From NCBI GenBank assembly GCA_964385615.1, contig CAYLPP010000002.1, forward strand, positions 192,944 through 256,943: a stretch of DNA of 64,000 nt. The letters run 5' to 3'. This document shows, in pieces, positions 42,801 to 50,491 of this stretch. Source of the DNA: an uncultured bacterium (GTDB lineage Bacteria; Omnitrophota; Omnitrophia; Omnitrophales; Aquincolibacteriaceae). The first letter of the stretch is position 1. The number at the start of each line of letters is the position of its first letter. A program made the translations under genes and the position numbers. The notes beneath the pieces are model-generated. The model was given only the letters and a program-made list of their open reading frames with translations, did no database searches and was not told the DNA's origin.

Positions 42801-44941
42801 AAGGGTACAGCCAAAGGCTCTACACGCAGCCGACCGACTTTGGTTTTACGGCCCAGCTCCTTTCCAATCTTATTGCGGGCCGGATTGTGGTGGATTACAT
42901 GACACGCGACCAGGCCATCGCGATTTTCAAAAACATGATTACGCATCTTCTTGATGATCAGACAAACTCCAAGATTGGCGTGATGGGCCTTTTGCCCTGG
43001 ATGAATTTTGATTCGTCCACCCAGGACTGGCGGCGCGACCTGGATTACGGGAAGGGGATCGCCACGAAAAACGGGCGGCGATTTATGGCGGGCGATAATC
43101 TGAACATGGCTATGGCCTTTGCGGCGTCGCTAGGCGCGTTGAGCCAGACCGAAGACAACGGGGCTGGAGACATTGCCGTGATTAAATCCAAGCTGCAAGC
43201 ATTCCTCAACAATCAGGCGGCCGGTTATGCATGCCTCGCCAGCAACGTTGGCGGTGACAATCCGGATGGCGCGATACGGCGCGGGATTATTATTTCTGAA
43301 AACGCCGGGTCAGATTACGCTGTCTCCAGCTGCAATGATGTCCGCAATGGCGGCACCACGGTGGCGTTCGTGAATGAAGCGGACACGCTGAACCCCGACC
43401 GCAGTATCAATGTTGCATTCGAAAGATCGTTTGGTTCCGAATTCCGGGCCGGCATTTTGTTTGCCGTCCTGAATTACAATCTTCCGAATTCGGTTTACAA
43501 AAACCTCAAGGTCGAAATCGAGAACTACTCCAAAGGTAATGGCTGGACGTATGTTGTCGCTACGGGACAAGGAAGCGCTTTCCAGATGCTTTGGCCGACT
43601 CTGGGCACGCCTGAGACCTTGAATCGCGCGCAGTTGAGAATGCAGGAAAACTTTGTGGATGCGGCGCTTGATTATGCGGGCAAGACTTTACAGCCCGGTT
43701 TTCTTTCCGCGGCCTACGGGTCCTCCGGAGGGTACATTCCGGGAATCGGAATTCCCGATATCGCCATTTATCCGGCCGGGCTGAACGCGGTTTCCACTTC
43801 GCTGTACACGCTTGGAGCGGCATTCGGCGTTGACCCGGACCGCATCACGCCTTTTCTCGAAACCATGCTGCAGCGGTTCCCGGGGCTTGTGACAAGTCAC
43901 GGCCTTTGGGAAGGCGTGGACATGCAGACTTCTTCCGGCGCGGTGATTCAGCAGCAGATCAATCCGAATGTGGCCAGTTTCATTCTGGGCATTCTGGGCA
44001 GTGGAGCCCAGGACTTGCTGGAATATCTGACGCCTGCGCAGGAAACCCGGCTTAACACGATTCTGTGGCAGCCCGCGGGAGCGGATTATGATGTGGTCGC
44101 ATCAAGCCCAGATGCGTTTTCCTGGCAGATGGCGGGCCAGCCGGCCTTCACGTCCAGCCGGAATGGTGATGCTTACCATATTCAGGCCGGAAGCCTTGTC
44201 GGGATTGGAACCGCATTTAAGCAGGGCAGTTCTGGTTCGATCAACACTTCCGGCAAGCGGCTGTTGATTAACTACCGGGCGAGCACGAATGCGGCGTCGG
44301 CCACGGCCGCGAACCTGAAAATTGAATTTAAGGATGTCAACGGGCTTGTGATCCGTCAGCAGGTGAATTTGGTCGACTTGCGCAACACGGGGCAGAATGT
44401 CGTCAATCAGGTGGTTATCGACCTGCCGGAATTTATTGGCACGGCTCAGATTAATGAAATTGTGTTTGTCCTGACCGGGTCCGGCAAAAGCCTTGATGTG
44501 ACTTTTGAGGACGTGGACCTGATCGATCTGGATTCCACTCAGCCTTTGGTGCCCGGCGGCGGAGGCGGAGGCGGCGCTCGGCCCGGGCCTTCGGATCCCA
44601 ATAAAGCAAAGTCCCAGGAATACACACTACAGTCTTACGAGTTGTTTATCGGCAAGGCCCGTGTGGATGCCGAAGCGGGAGCGGCCAAAATTCAACAAAG
44701 GCTGGACGAACTTAAGAACATCAAAAACAAGAGTAAGGAAGAAAAAGCCGAAGAGAAACAGCTCAAAGCCCAGCTCCAGGACTACAAAGCTATTCTCGAC
44801 GATATTGTAAAGTTTGAAAATCAACTGGAAGGAGACTGGAAAATCCTGGCCCATAAAGGTACTCTGAGTGATTCATTGCTGGATGATCTCCTCATTCGAT
44901 ATGGCGGGATCTATGCCTTTCTATACCCAAAGGAACATTAA
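36851..44941 (+). CDS. Giant secreted multidomain protein (2696 aa): signal peptide; two large GLUG-motif repeat modules; Ig-like region; discoidin-like (F5/8 type C) domain; putative six-hairpin glycosidase-like region; Gly-run plus coiled-coil C-terminus
   Basis: AAGGAG RBS 7 nt before the ATG. N-terminal hydrophobic signal peptide. Repeated VGGLxGy / VGGIAGY blocks as recalled for the GLUG motif. LDLGQWRMLDEVRVDARFF...YKFEIGPVQARFVRIR is discoidin-like. VMGLLPWMNFDSS...NLNMAMAFAASLGAL resembles an (alpha/alpha)6 glycoside-hydrolase-like domain (inference). The tail runs GGGGGGARPGPSDP then a heptad-rich segment. Confidence 0.85.
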   Translation: MNSPKRAGASKVCSLIIAVFFLFQQSGWPASEMARLNEYEQAVKPAGAIAPEAAAVPVQADITALDFLQQENPLAPSVEPELLTEEEIAKPQTQSNEYDRYSVDEALDLLRPEYAAAVIVKSVSADDLRRLRELSFETAIVVLSGEIVLFSTGNESEIGASAQTQELLKKATFVSHMHPAEANEDGPSAFDLSHAADAPDVEYVVTALGAYAYNKQGLQNGGQAFSLEDMARKIQTAQDSARQSEGNGQVAARADLNGFIREMDLYNQLQLDDRETFRRGDPVPVSTIQGLMDMQNDLTGDYYLVNDIDLSGVNWQPIGAGNNPFRGSFNGNGFTIRNLTIDRPNQDYIGLFGSLESAGTIENVKLENVSITGRNNVGSLSGYIFLTSVSGSSTEGGSVTGTDRVGGLIGESYNGLGINNSHTSVAVQGHDQTGGIVGKLWDGVLNNINQGYSLGTVNGHNQVGGLAGYSKSGDLVRSYASGNITGQDSVGGLVGSTTENAGIKNSYYSGGTVSGTTNNVGGIAGYYNSYDDGIYNTYFAGIVTSTASAGGFLGTYNAGVISSNYWDETLNPGLQDSVNRGDMANITAETTAAMKTQSTYEGWDFKEIWVLDGYPKLRQAIAISTLEELQAMSGNLTARYYLVNDIDASGVNWQPVGTGNDPYRGVFNPNAFRGSFNGNGFTIRNLTIDRPNQDYIGLFGSLESAGTIENVKLENVSITGRNNVGSLSGYIFLTSVSGSSTEGGSVTGTDRVGGLIGESYNGLGINNSHTSVAVQGHDQTGGIVGKLWDGVLNNINQGYSLGTVNGHNQVGGLAGYSKSGDLVRSYASGNITGQDSVGGLVGSTTENAGIKNSYYSGGTVSGTTNNVGGIAGYYNSYDDGIYNTYFAGIVTSTASAGGFLGTYNAGVISSNYWDETLNPGLQDSVNRGDMANITAETTAAMKTQSTYEGWDFSSIWVMDGYPRFRPESVEGGDGSVSVRADNGFVTSPYASVTFEAPEGTTEMRYGYVNGNGPVQLGGWGSYQPSASVSINTANVGGQDGLKTFYAQYRNAAGVETAIVSYSFTADTLPPSGTVQIAKGSSDTGSHDVNIALAVDDAVSGIQDMRISVDGGALWTAWGTVQSPVQVHLPRGGGEKEVRVEVRDAAGNKAVISDTIVIEEDLLSDIVADADSAQSNPLEGDISGLRTGDRYTISGIDAIEHETVFTFDQGLDMRGDSLAFRFNVLEGSGEAKLELKEKLANGSYVTREIFSPVPFHNAGSGEREIIFPLAYAQELSKINAVVLTVQGEGGPFQLEISDFDLRASGYEPPAVSNGDVLTNSIALYTFLNVNGQSSHTGEFFPENWGLTETGAYRFSGVQQGGTETSFFQYPARVLDAAGKILRIVYESSTGAPGAKITLRNAQGSQVYELPLTAEFEATASGERKILEFQIPDEAEWQEIDQIILATYGQGAIDLTLDEVRVTGASQPVLTDPLSLIAQQDPGKIFLSPELFAGLDPDKTIADVLRDAQNRIVRIETQEDVFAYFYDAQGRLVQTVQAAKENGEIIPENQYDYGYEPVNGGPESRLQDIREYHFITERNNAARGVTPAASSSLKPDPNAAQPPFPPANATDGSGGDSSRPWIAALNDPNPSLTLDLGQWRMLDEVRVDARFFSPVASVIYPTHFVLSGSLDGSTWFDLATYDSPEFQEGTNKVYKFEIGPVQARFVRIRDIQAVIPYWVPDLQNYPEFAGFPVLDIKAYVSELEVFEALRTPVLTHVYRPEYGCLYGCDTAAGNPVAKISKNRVTETGEISAPEVTLVSSRFTQDETVFLDFLVDGENVRRQVPGPLQEGNNLSVFSFENEDGSQTLVPVNVVLDRVKPSATLAGVSTGNPALGQTYRDSRFNLTGITDAASGLAEIRYRVDGGAWTLVPLPAGADLALDIRFPEGWGDRDVEIEIEDRAGNIRTLSQTVTIEVSAYLADVDFKYFTDPYNAAHGAFESTHSYPNEGYSQRLYTQPTDFGFTAQLLSNLIAGRIVVDYMTRDQAIAIFKNMITHLLDDQTNSKIGVMGLLPWMNFDSSTQDWRRDLDYGKGIATKNGRRFMAGDNLNMAMAFAASLGALSQTEDNGAGDIAVIKSKLQAFLNNQAAGYACLASNVGGDNPDGAIRRGIIISENAGSDYAVSSCNDVRNGGTTVAFVNEADTLNPDRSINVAFERSFGSEFRAGILFAVLNYNLPNSVYKNLKVEIENYSKGNGWTYVVATGQGSAFQMLWPTLGTPETLNRAQLRMQENFVDAALDYAGKTLQPGFLSAAYGSSGGYIPGIGIPDIAIYPAGLNAVSTSLYTLGAAFGVDPDRITPFLETMLQRFPGLVTSHGLWEGVDMQTSSGAVIQQQINPNVASFILGILGSGAQDLLEYLTPAQETRLNTILWQPAGADYDVVASSPDAFSWQMAGQPAFTSSRNGDAYHIQAGSLVGIGTAFKQGSSGSINTSGKRLLINYRASTNAASATAANLKIEFKDVNGLVIRQQVNLVDLRNTGQNVVNQVVIDLPEFIGTAQINEIVFVLTGSGKSLDVTFEDVDLIDLDSTQPLVPGGGGGGGARPGPSDPNKAKSQEYTLQSYELFIGKARVDAEAGAAKIQQRLDELKNIKNKSKEEKAEEKQLKAQLQDYKAILDDIVKFENQLEGDWKILAHKGTLSDSLLDDLLIRYGGIYAFLYPKEH
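37821..39705 (+). repeat. Intragenic tandem duplication, period 1041 bp, with an 844-bp core that is 100% identical (37821-38664 and 38862-39705)
   Basis: Seen directly in the sequence. The ORF track independently shows identical ORFs at 37832..38230 versus 38873..39271 and at 38286..38477 versus 39327..39518. The flanks of each unit (YYLVNDID.SGVNWQP... and YEGWDF..IWV.DGYP) are similar but diverged. Confidence 0.95.
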
Positions 44942-45115
44942 AAAGTCTTAGCGCTTCAAGGTGCCTCTCCTAAAACGGCGGGGCACCTTGAAGTTTCAGC
45001 ATAAGATTCTTGTTGAATAAACTCGTTGAAAAAGCAAACCCTTCATTATAGAATACCGAACTTGTTGTTTTCTGGCCTTATATCTCCAGTAGCAGTAAAC
45101 TTCAAAACAATTCAT

Positions 45116-45194
<79 letters not shown>

Positions 45195-45204
45195 TACAAC
45201 AAAA

Positions 45205-45236
45205 GGGGTTGCGATAAAAATCGCAGCCCCTTTTTT
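45205..45236 (+). terminator. Rho-independent terminator supplied by island DNA downstream of the reconstituted tRNA
   Basis: GGGGTTGCGA-taaaaa-TCGCAGCCCC followed by TTTTTT. Confidence 0.6.
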
Positions 45237-45252
45237 CTGTCTAAAAACGGTT

Positions 45253-45272
45253 TTGGGAACATTTTGGGAACA
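45253..45272 (+). repeat. Pair of direct TTGGGAACA boxes 11 bp apart (candidate integrase arm-type sites, attL side)
   Basis: TTGGGAACAttTTGGGAACA. The same doublet with the same spacing occurs at 60601..60620 near attR. Confidence 0.45.
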
Positions 45273-45957
45273 AAATGCCCCAAAATTCGTTAACCCCAAT
45301 CCTGCCGCATCTCAAAATATTTTTGCCCTTCCGCACTCCCTTCGCTTTGGTTTTGGGCTTTTAGCCTGTACCAATCGCCTGACCACACCCTCTCATCGTC
45401 GAAATTCGTTCGAGAGGTTGTGGTCAGACGAACGCTCAGGGGTGCGGAAAAACACTCAAAAAATATTTTCCCCTCTAAAAACTTTGACTAGGTTGGAACG
45501 GCCCCCTCCTTTTTGCCCAATACTATGAAGATAAAAATAAAAAAAGCAGCAAGCTGAGTCATAAACCTTGGTTGCTGTAAGGCCATAAAGCCTTAAGCAG
45601 TACCCCGGAGAGTGAGTGTGAGAAATAGGAGTTTTGGAGGCGAACCTGAAAGTGTCTAAAAAATATTTTCAGTATAGAAACTTTGAAAAAGTGTACACGG
45701 CCCCCTTGTTTTTGCCCAATACCATGAAGATTAAATTATTAATCATCCACCCAGCCTTGAAGCTCGGTGTAAAACCAGGCCGTGAAGCCATAAGCAGCAA
45801 AATTGTGTGTGATTGTGATCGTGATTGAGAGTGAGATTTTAAGTATGAACGTGATTCAAAAGGACTGCTGTGTTGAAGGAAAATCTTGGGCGTATACCAG
45901 GATTCTTCGGCGCGTCAATCTTTGAGAATCATCAGTAGTGCGAGTAAGGGAGTGCGT

Positions 45958-46158
45958 TTGGAAAACAGGAAATTACTGACCGTGAAAGAACTTTCGGAAT
46001 TGCTGGGTGTGCCCGTTTCCTGGATTTATCAGAGAACGAGAATGGGGCAAGCCGCGATTCCGCATGTGAAATTTGGAAAGTATGTGCGCTTTGATTCAGA
46101 CGCCGTCATCCGCTTTTTTGCGGAGAAAGACGGCGGGGAGCTGAAGCAGGCGGCATAA
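45958..46158 (+). CDS. Excisionase/AlpA-like helix-turn-helix protein
   Basis: LLTVKELSELLGVPVSWIYQRTRMGQAAIPHVKFGKYVRFDSDAVIRFF, directly upstream of the integrase. Probable TTG start at 45958 with AAGGGA 6 nt upstream. The ORF track entry starts at 45886. Confidence 0.6.
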   Translation: MENRKLLTVKELSELLGVPVSWIYQRTRMGQAAIPHVKFGKYVRFDSDAVIRFFAEKDGGELKQAA

Positions 46159-46170
46159 AAGAGAGAGTGA

Positions 46171-47331
46171 GTGTGTGAGATGAGAGGAAGCATCATCAAG
46201 CGGTACCGCAAGGTGAACGGCCGCCGCGAAGCGGTTTTTCACATTCGGTACAGAATCGGAGCAAGGCAGTATTCGTTAAGTGTCGGGACGAACAAGAAAG
46301 AAGCCGAACGGATTTTGTCGGAGCGTATTGCGCAGATCCACTATGGCACTTTTTCGCAGCCGAGCCGGGTTCTTTTTTCAGAATTCGGAAAGAAATGGCT
46401 GGAAGATTATGCCATTACAGCGGTGAAGCCTTCGACTTACCGGGCTTATGAAAGCGTGATTACCAAGAGCGTGAATCCGTGCCTTGGTCATTACGCGATT
46501 TCGAAAATCACCCCGGCAATGATTCAGAGTTATTTTGCCGGAGTAGTCCGCGAGCGGCACAGCACCAAAACCGCGAACAATCACCTGGTGCTTTTGAAGA
46601 CCATGTTCAAGCACGCGCGGAAGTGGGGCTATATTCGTGTGAGCCCTGCGGATGATATTGACCGCGCGCGCATCGAAGAAAAAGAAATGGATTATCTGCA
46701 GCCGGAAGAGATCCGTCTGCTGTTGAACAATTCCGACGAACCTTACCGGACTTTGTTCATGACGGCCGCCTTGACCGGAATGCGGCGCGGAGAAATTCTG
46801 GGTTTGCAATGGGGCGATATTGATTGGCAATCCAATCAAATTCGCGTGAGGCGGAGTCTGTTTTGGCAAACCCATGCGGAAAATAAAATCCGCAGGCAGG
46901 ACAAACGCTCGATGTTCACTTCGCCGAAATCAAAGCGCTCGGTCCGTGCGATTGTCATGTCTCCTGCGCTCCGTGAAGCACTTGAAATTCACCGGATTAA
47001 ATCGCCGGTCAGCCCGTTCGATCTCGTTTTCTGCAACACGAACGGAAATCCGATTGATCCGGATAATATGATTCACCGCGAATTTCATCCGGCACTTGTC
47101 CGCGCGGGCCTTCGTAAAATCCGCTTCCACGATTTGCGGCACACCTACACAACTTTGCTGATCGCCCAGGACGCCAACGCCAAATTCATTCAAGCCCAGC
47201 TCGGCCACGCCTCCATCCAAACCACCTTTGATCGCTACGGCCATCTCCTGCCAATCAAAGGCGACGAAGTCGGCCTGCGCCTGGATGCCACTGTTTTTGG
47301 AGGAGCAAAGGAGGTGGTTCAGCAAACCTGA
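46171..47331 (+). CDS. Tyrosine-type site-specific integrase
   Basis: 386 aa with an N-terminal arm-binding-like domain (SAM-like core). C-terminal catalytic motifs R...HDLRHTY...Y (FDRYGHLLP). Confidence 0.9.
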   Translation: MCEMRGSIIKRYRKVNGRREAVFHIRYRIGARQYSLSVGTNKKEAERILSERIAQIHYGTFSQPSRVLFSEFGKKWLEDYAITAVKPSTYRAYESVITKSVNPCLGHYAISKITPAMIQSYFAGVVRERHSTKTANNHLVLLKTMFKHARKWGYIRVSPADDIDRARIEEKEMDYLQPEEIRLLLNNSDEPYRTLFMTAALTGMRRGEILGLQWGDIDWQSNQIRVRRSLFWQTHAENKIRRQDKRSMFTSPKSKRSVRAIVMSPALREALEIHRIKSPVSPFDLVFCNTNGNPIDPDNMIHREFHPALVRAGLRKIRFHDLRHTYTTLLIAQDANAKFIQAQLGHASIQTTFDRYGHLLPIKGDEVGLRLDATVFGGAKEVVQQT

Positions 47332-47552
47332 TAATGACGGGCTAAACGTGATAACAAACACGATAGTAGCTATGTGGCCAAATAAGTGGCCAAAATCTGA
47401 CCCAGTGAGTTTGTAACTATAATCAATCATTAGAGGTGCGATTAAAAAGAAGTGGCCAAAAAAGCGGACATGGCTGCTTTCTTATGTAATCTCATACAAT
47501 CTTATATAGTTAGGTATATAAGATTCATAACCTGTTTATTTTAAATAGGTTA

Positions 47553-47623
47553 TGCATGAAAACTATATTTCATGTAACGAATTTGACATAGGAAGTCAAT
47601 TTTACGACATGAAATATAGTTTT
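47553..47623. promoter_or_regulatory. Nested palindrome upstream of hsdR: perfect 17-bp inverted repeat (47559-47575 and 47607-47623) flanking a 31-bp spacer with an inner TTGAC/GTCAA inverted repeat
   Basis: AAAACTATATTTCATGT ... ACATGAAATATAGTTTT. Three GTGGCCAAA direct repeats lie just upstream (47374, 47386, 47452). More short palindromes occur at 47497-47524. Confidence 0.45.
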
Positions 47624-47705
47624 TGCGGGGCCATTATAAATACCTTGATCTTTGAGAGCCGTCCGCTAGAATTACCTATATGATTACCCATTTAAAGGTG
47701 CGCCA

Positions 47706-50489
47706 GTGAACGAAGCTGAAACACGCAAAGAAATCATCGATCGGGAATTGTCTAAGCGCGGCTGGGATTTAAAAAATCCAAGCCAAGTCATTGTCGAATT
47801 TGAAATGGAAAGTCGATTTCCAGAAGAGAATAAAATTAAGGTACAAGCGGAAGAATATGGAACCAGTTTTTCTGGAAAAGAATTTGCGGACTATTTGCTG
47901 CTTTCCCGCGATGGTGCGACACCCTTTGCGGTAGTTGAAGCAAAACGAACCTCAAAGAATCCGCGCTTGGGTCAGCAACAGGCAGTTGGTTATGCTGAAA
48001 ATATCAAATCTAAATTCGGGGTAGATCCTTTTATCTTTTTGACCAACGGGGAATCCACTCTTTTTTGGGATCGCAGTCGTTATGCACCCCGAAAGGTTTA
48101 CGGCTTTTTCGACATTAAAGACTTAGAACGCCTGAAATATTTACGCGAACAGCAAGTTGATCCTACAATTCTTGAAATTCGCAAAGATATAGCCAGCCGC
48201 GTTTATCAGCATGAAGCCATACGCCGCACGATAGAGACATTCTCAAAAGGCCATCGCAAGGCATTAATTGTTATGGCAACGGGAACAGGAAAAACCCGCA
48301 CCGCGATGGCCTTGATTGATTTGCTCATTCGCGCTAAATGGGTTAATCATGTTTTGTTTTTAGCGGATCGCAAGATGTTGCGCGACCAAGCTTATGGAAA
48401 AAAGGGCTTTCAAGGATTCTTTACGGAGTCCATGACGAAAATCAAAAGCGGTTCGTTTGATAAGAATCAGCGCCTTTACGCCTCAACGATTCAAACACTT
48501 GAAGAAGTTTATCGGGAAATCTCGCCCGGGTTTTTCGATTTAATCATCATTGATGAATGCCATAGATCTATTTACAACAAGTGGCAGGATATCCTTTCCT
48601 ATTTTGATGCTCTTCAGGTTGGATTAACCGCAACACCGGCAGAATTTGTTGACCGGGATACTTTTCGTTTTTTCCAATGCGACGAAGGTCATCCGACTTT
48701 TAACTACACCTACGAGTCGGCCATTGAAGAAGAAATTCTAGTGCCCTTCATCCCTTATCATGCAAAGACTAACTTTCAAATTAAAGGATTGAAATCAGGG
48801 CAGATTCCAGAAGAGATCAGAAAGAAACTAGTCGAGGAAGGCAAAACAGAGGAAGAGCTAGACTTTGAAGGTACAGATTTTGAGAAGAAGTTTACGAACA
48901 AAGAAAGTTTGGAGTCCATGGTTAAGGAATTCATGGAGGTTTGTAATAAAGACGAAACCGGCTCTCTTCCAGGTAAGACCATTTATTTTGCTATTTCCAA
49001 AGAGCATGCTTACCGATTGCTCGATACTTTTGAACGACTTTACCCAGAATATAAAGGACGGCTCGCAGAAGTTATTGTTTCAGACGACAGCCGTGCGGAT
49101 GGATTCTTAACCCGATTCGAAAACGATTCTTTTCCTCGCATCGCTATCTCCGTTGATATGCTTGATACAGGGGTGGACATTCGCGAGGTGGTGAATCTGG
49201 TTTTCGCCAAGCCCGTATTTAGCAAAATCAAATTTTGGCAAATGATAGGCCGTGGAACGCGCACGATTGATTCAGAAAATGCCAAGCCTTGGTGCGCGTT
49301 TAAAGATTCATTCCTGATAATTGACCACTGGAGCAATTTTGAATATTTCAATTTAAAGCCTGAAGGCGAAATTCAAGCTCCGCAGGATTCTTTGCCTACC
49401 CGGCTCTTTCGCCTCCGTTTGCAGAAGCTGAAGCTCCAGCTGGCTTCTCAAAACCAAGAAGCTTGTGAGGCTATTAAACAAGACCTGTTAACAAGCATTC
49501 GTGCCTTGCCTCAAGATAGCGTGACCATCCTCGAAAAGAAGGAGTCTTTGACCAGAGTTTTAAGCGAGGCTTTTTGGAAGCACATTGATATTGGTTATTT
49601 AGAAAAGGAAATTGCGCCTCTCTTACGCTTTACCCAGGATGTGAATTTGAATATCTATGCATTTCTTATAAAGTGCGAGCGTTTAGAGATCGCGGCGATC
49701 AGCAAAGAAGAAAAAGCAATCAAGGAAATTGGAGAATCTATTCGTGAAGACCTGCGTTTGCTGCCGCTAAATCTCAGACAAATTCAGCAAAAAGAAGAAC
49801 AGGTTTTACGGGCTTCATCAGATCGTTTTTGGAGTTCTTTCCAGATGAATGAAGTGGGTTTTCTCAAAACAGAGATTGCGCCTTTGATGAAATGGCGCCG
49901 TGAGAGAACGCATACAGTAATTGAGTTTGATCTTAAGGATGAAATTTTAGAGCGTAAATGGATTGAGTTTGGCCCTTCCGGAGAAGGCGATTATGTTCAT
50001 CAATACAAAGAGAAAGTAGAGAAAGAAATCCGAACTTTGGCAGATCAAGATTCTGCCTTGAAAAAAATCAAAGAGGGCCACCCTGTTAGCGAAGAAGAGC
50101 TCGACCGGCTGGAAGACAAATTGAATCAGCCAGATTTATATATCAACGAGCGTAATTTGCGTGAAACCTATGGGCAGCCCACGGGAACCTTCAAACAATT
50201 CCTTCTCAAAATATTTGACAAATATGACTTCCCAAGTCGTGAGCAGCTTATTCAAAGGTCCTTTGAGACTTTTGTTCATGAGAAGCCCTGGTTTTCTGCG
50301 GATCAAATTCATTTTCTGCGTATCGTAAAAAATGTTTTCATTGAAAAATGCAAGCGTCGGGAAAAGCTTTCCGTGCATGATTTTTACGAAGGGCCTTTTG
50401 AGGCTCTCGGGCAAGACGCCGCAGATAAGCTTTTTAAGAAAAACGAGCTTGAAGAAATCGTTGAGTTTTTTAACAGTCAGGCGGCCTAG
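47706..50489 (+). CDS. hsdR: Type I restriction enzyme R subunit
   Basis: GTG start. MNEAETRKEIIDRELSKRGW is the HsdR N-terminus. Walker A ATGTGKT, DECH box, helicase C-terminal motifs; 927 aa. Confidence 0.9.
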   Translation: MNEAETRKEIIDRELSKRGWDLKNPSQVIVEFEMESRFPEENKIKVQAEEYGTSFSGKEFADYLLLSRDGATPFAVVEAKRTSKNPRLGQQQAVGYAENIKSKFGVDPFIFLTNGESTLFWDRSRYAPRKVYGFFDIKDLERLKYLREQQVDPTILEIRKDIASRVYQHEAIRRTIETFSKGHRKALIVMATGTGKTRTAMALIDLLIRAKWVNHVLFLADRKMLRDQAYGKKGFQGFFTESMTKIKSGSFDKNQRLYASTIQTLEEVYREISPGFFDLIIIDECHRSIYNKWQDILSYFDALQVGLTATPAEFVDRDTFRFFQCDEGHPTFNYTYESAIEEEILVPFIPYHAKTNFQIKGLKSGQIPEEIRKKLVEEGKTEEELDFEGTDFEKKFTNKESLESMVKEFMEVCNKDETGSLPGKTIYFAISKEHAYRLLDTFERLYPEYKGRLAEVIVSDDSRADGFLTRFENDSFPRIAISVDMLDTGVDIREVVNLVFAKPVFSKIKFWQMIGRGTRTIDSENAKPWCAFKDSFLIIDHWSNFEYFNLKPEGEIQAPQDSLPTRLFRLRLQKLKLQLASQNQEACEAIKQDLLTSIRALPQDSVTILEKKESLTRVLSEAFWKHIDIGYLEKEIAPLLRFTQDVNLNIYAFLIKCERLEIAAISKEEKAIKEIGESIREDLRLLPLNLRQIQQKEEQVLRASSDRFWSSFQMNEVGFLKTEIAPLMKWRRERTHTVIEFDLKDEILERKWIEFGPSGEGDYVHQYKEKVEKEIRTLADQDSALKKIKEGHPVSEEELDRLEDKLNQPDLYINERNLRETYGQPTGTFKQFLLKIFDKYDFPSREQLIQRSFETFVHEKPWFSADQIHFLRIVKNVFIEKCKRREKLSVHDFYEGPFEALGQDAADKLFKKNELEEIVEFFNSQAA

Positions 50490-50491
50490 CG

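Noticed and set aside
45430-45800. CRISPR array or coding genes (ORFs 45253..45528 and 45634..45828) in the attL-proximal region
   Set aside because: Only two irregular, degenerate copies are present, with no regular repeat-spacer periodicity. The ORFs have odd low-complexity translations (for example CDCDRD from a GT-rich tract) and alternative start codons. I treated the region as non-coding regulatory or ncRNA.
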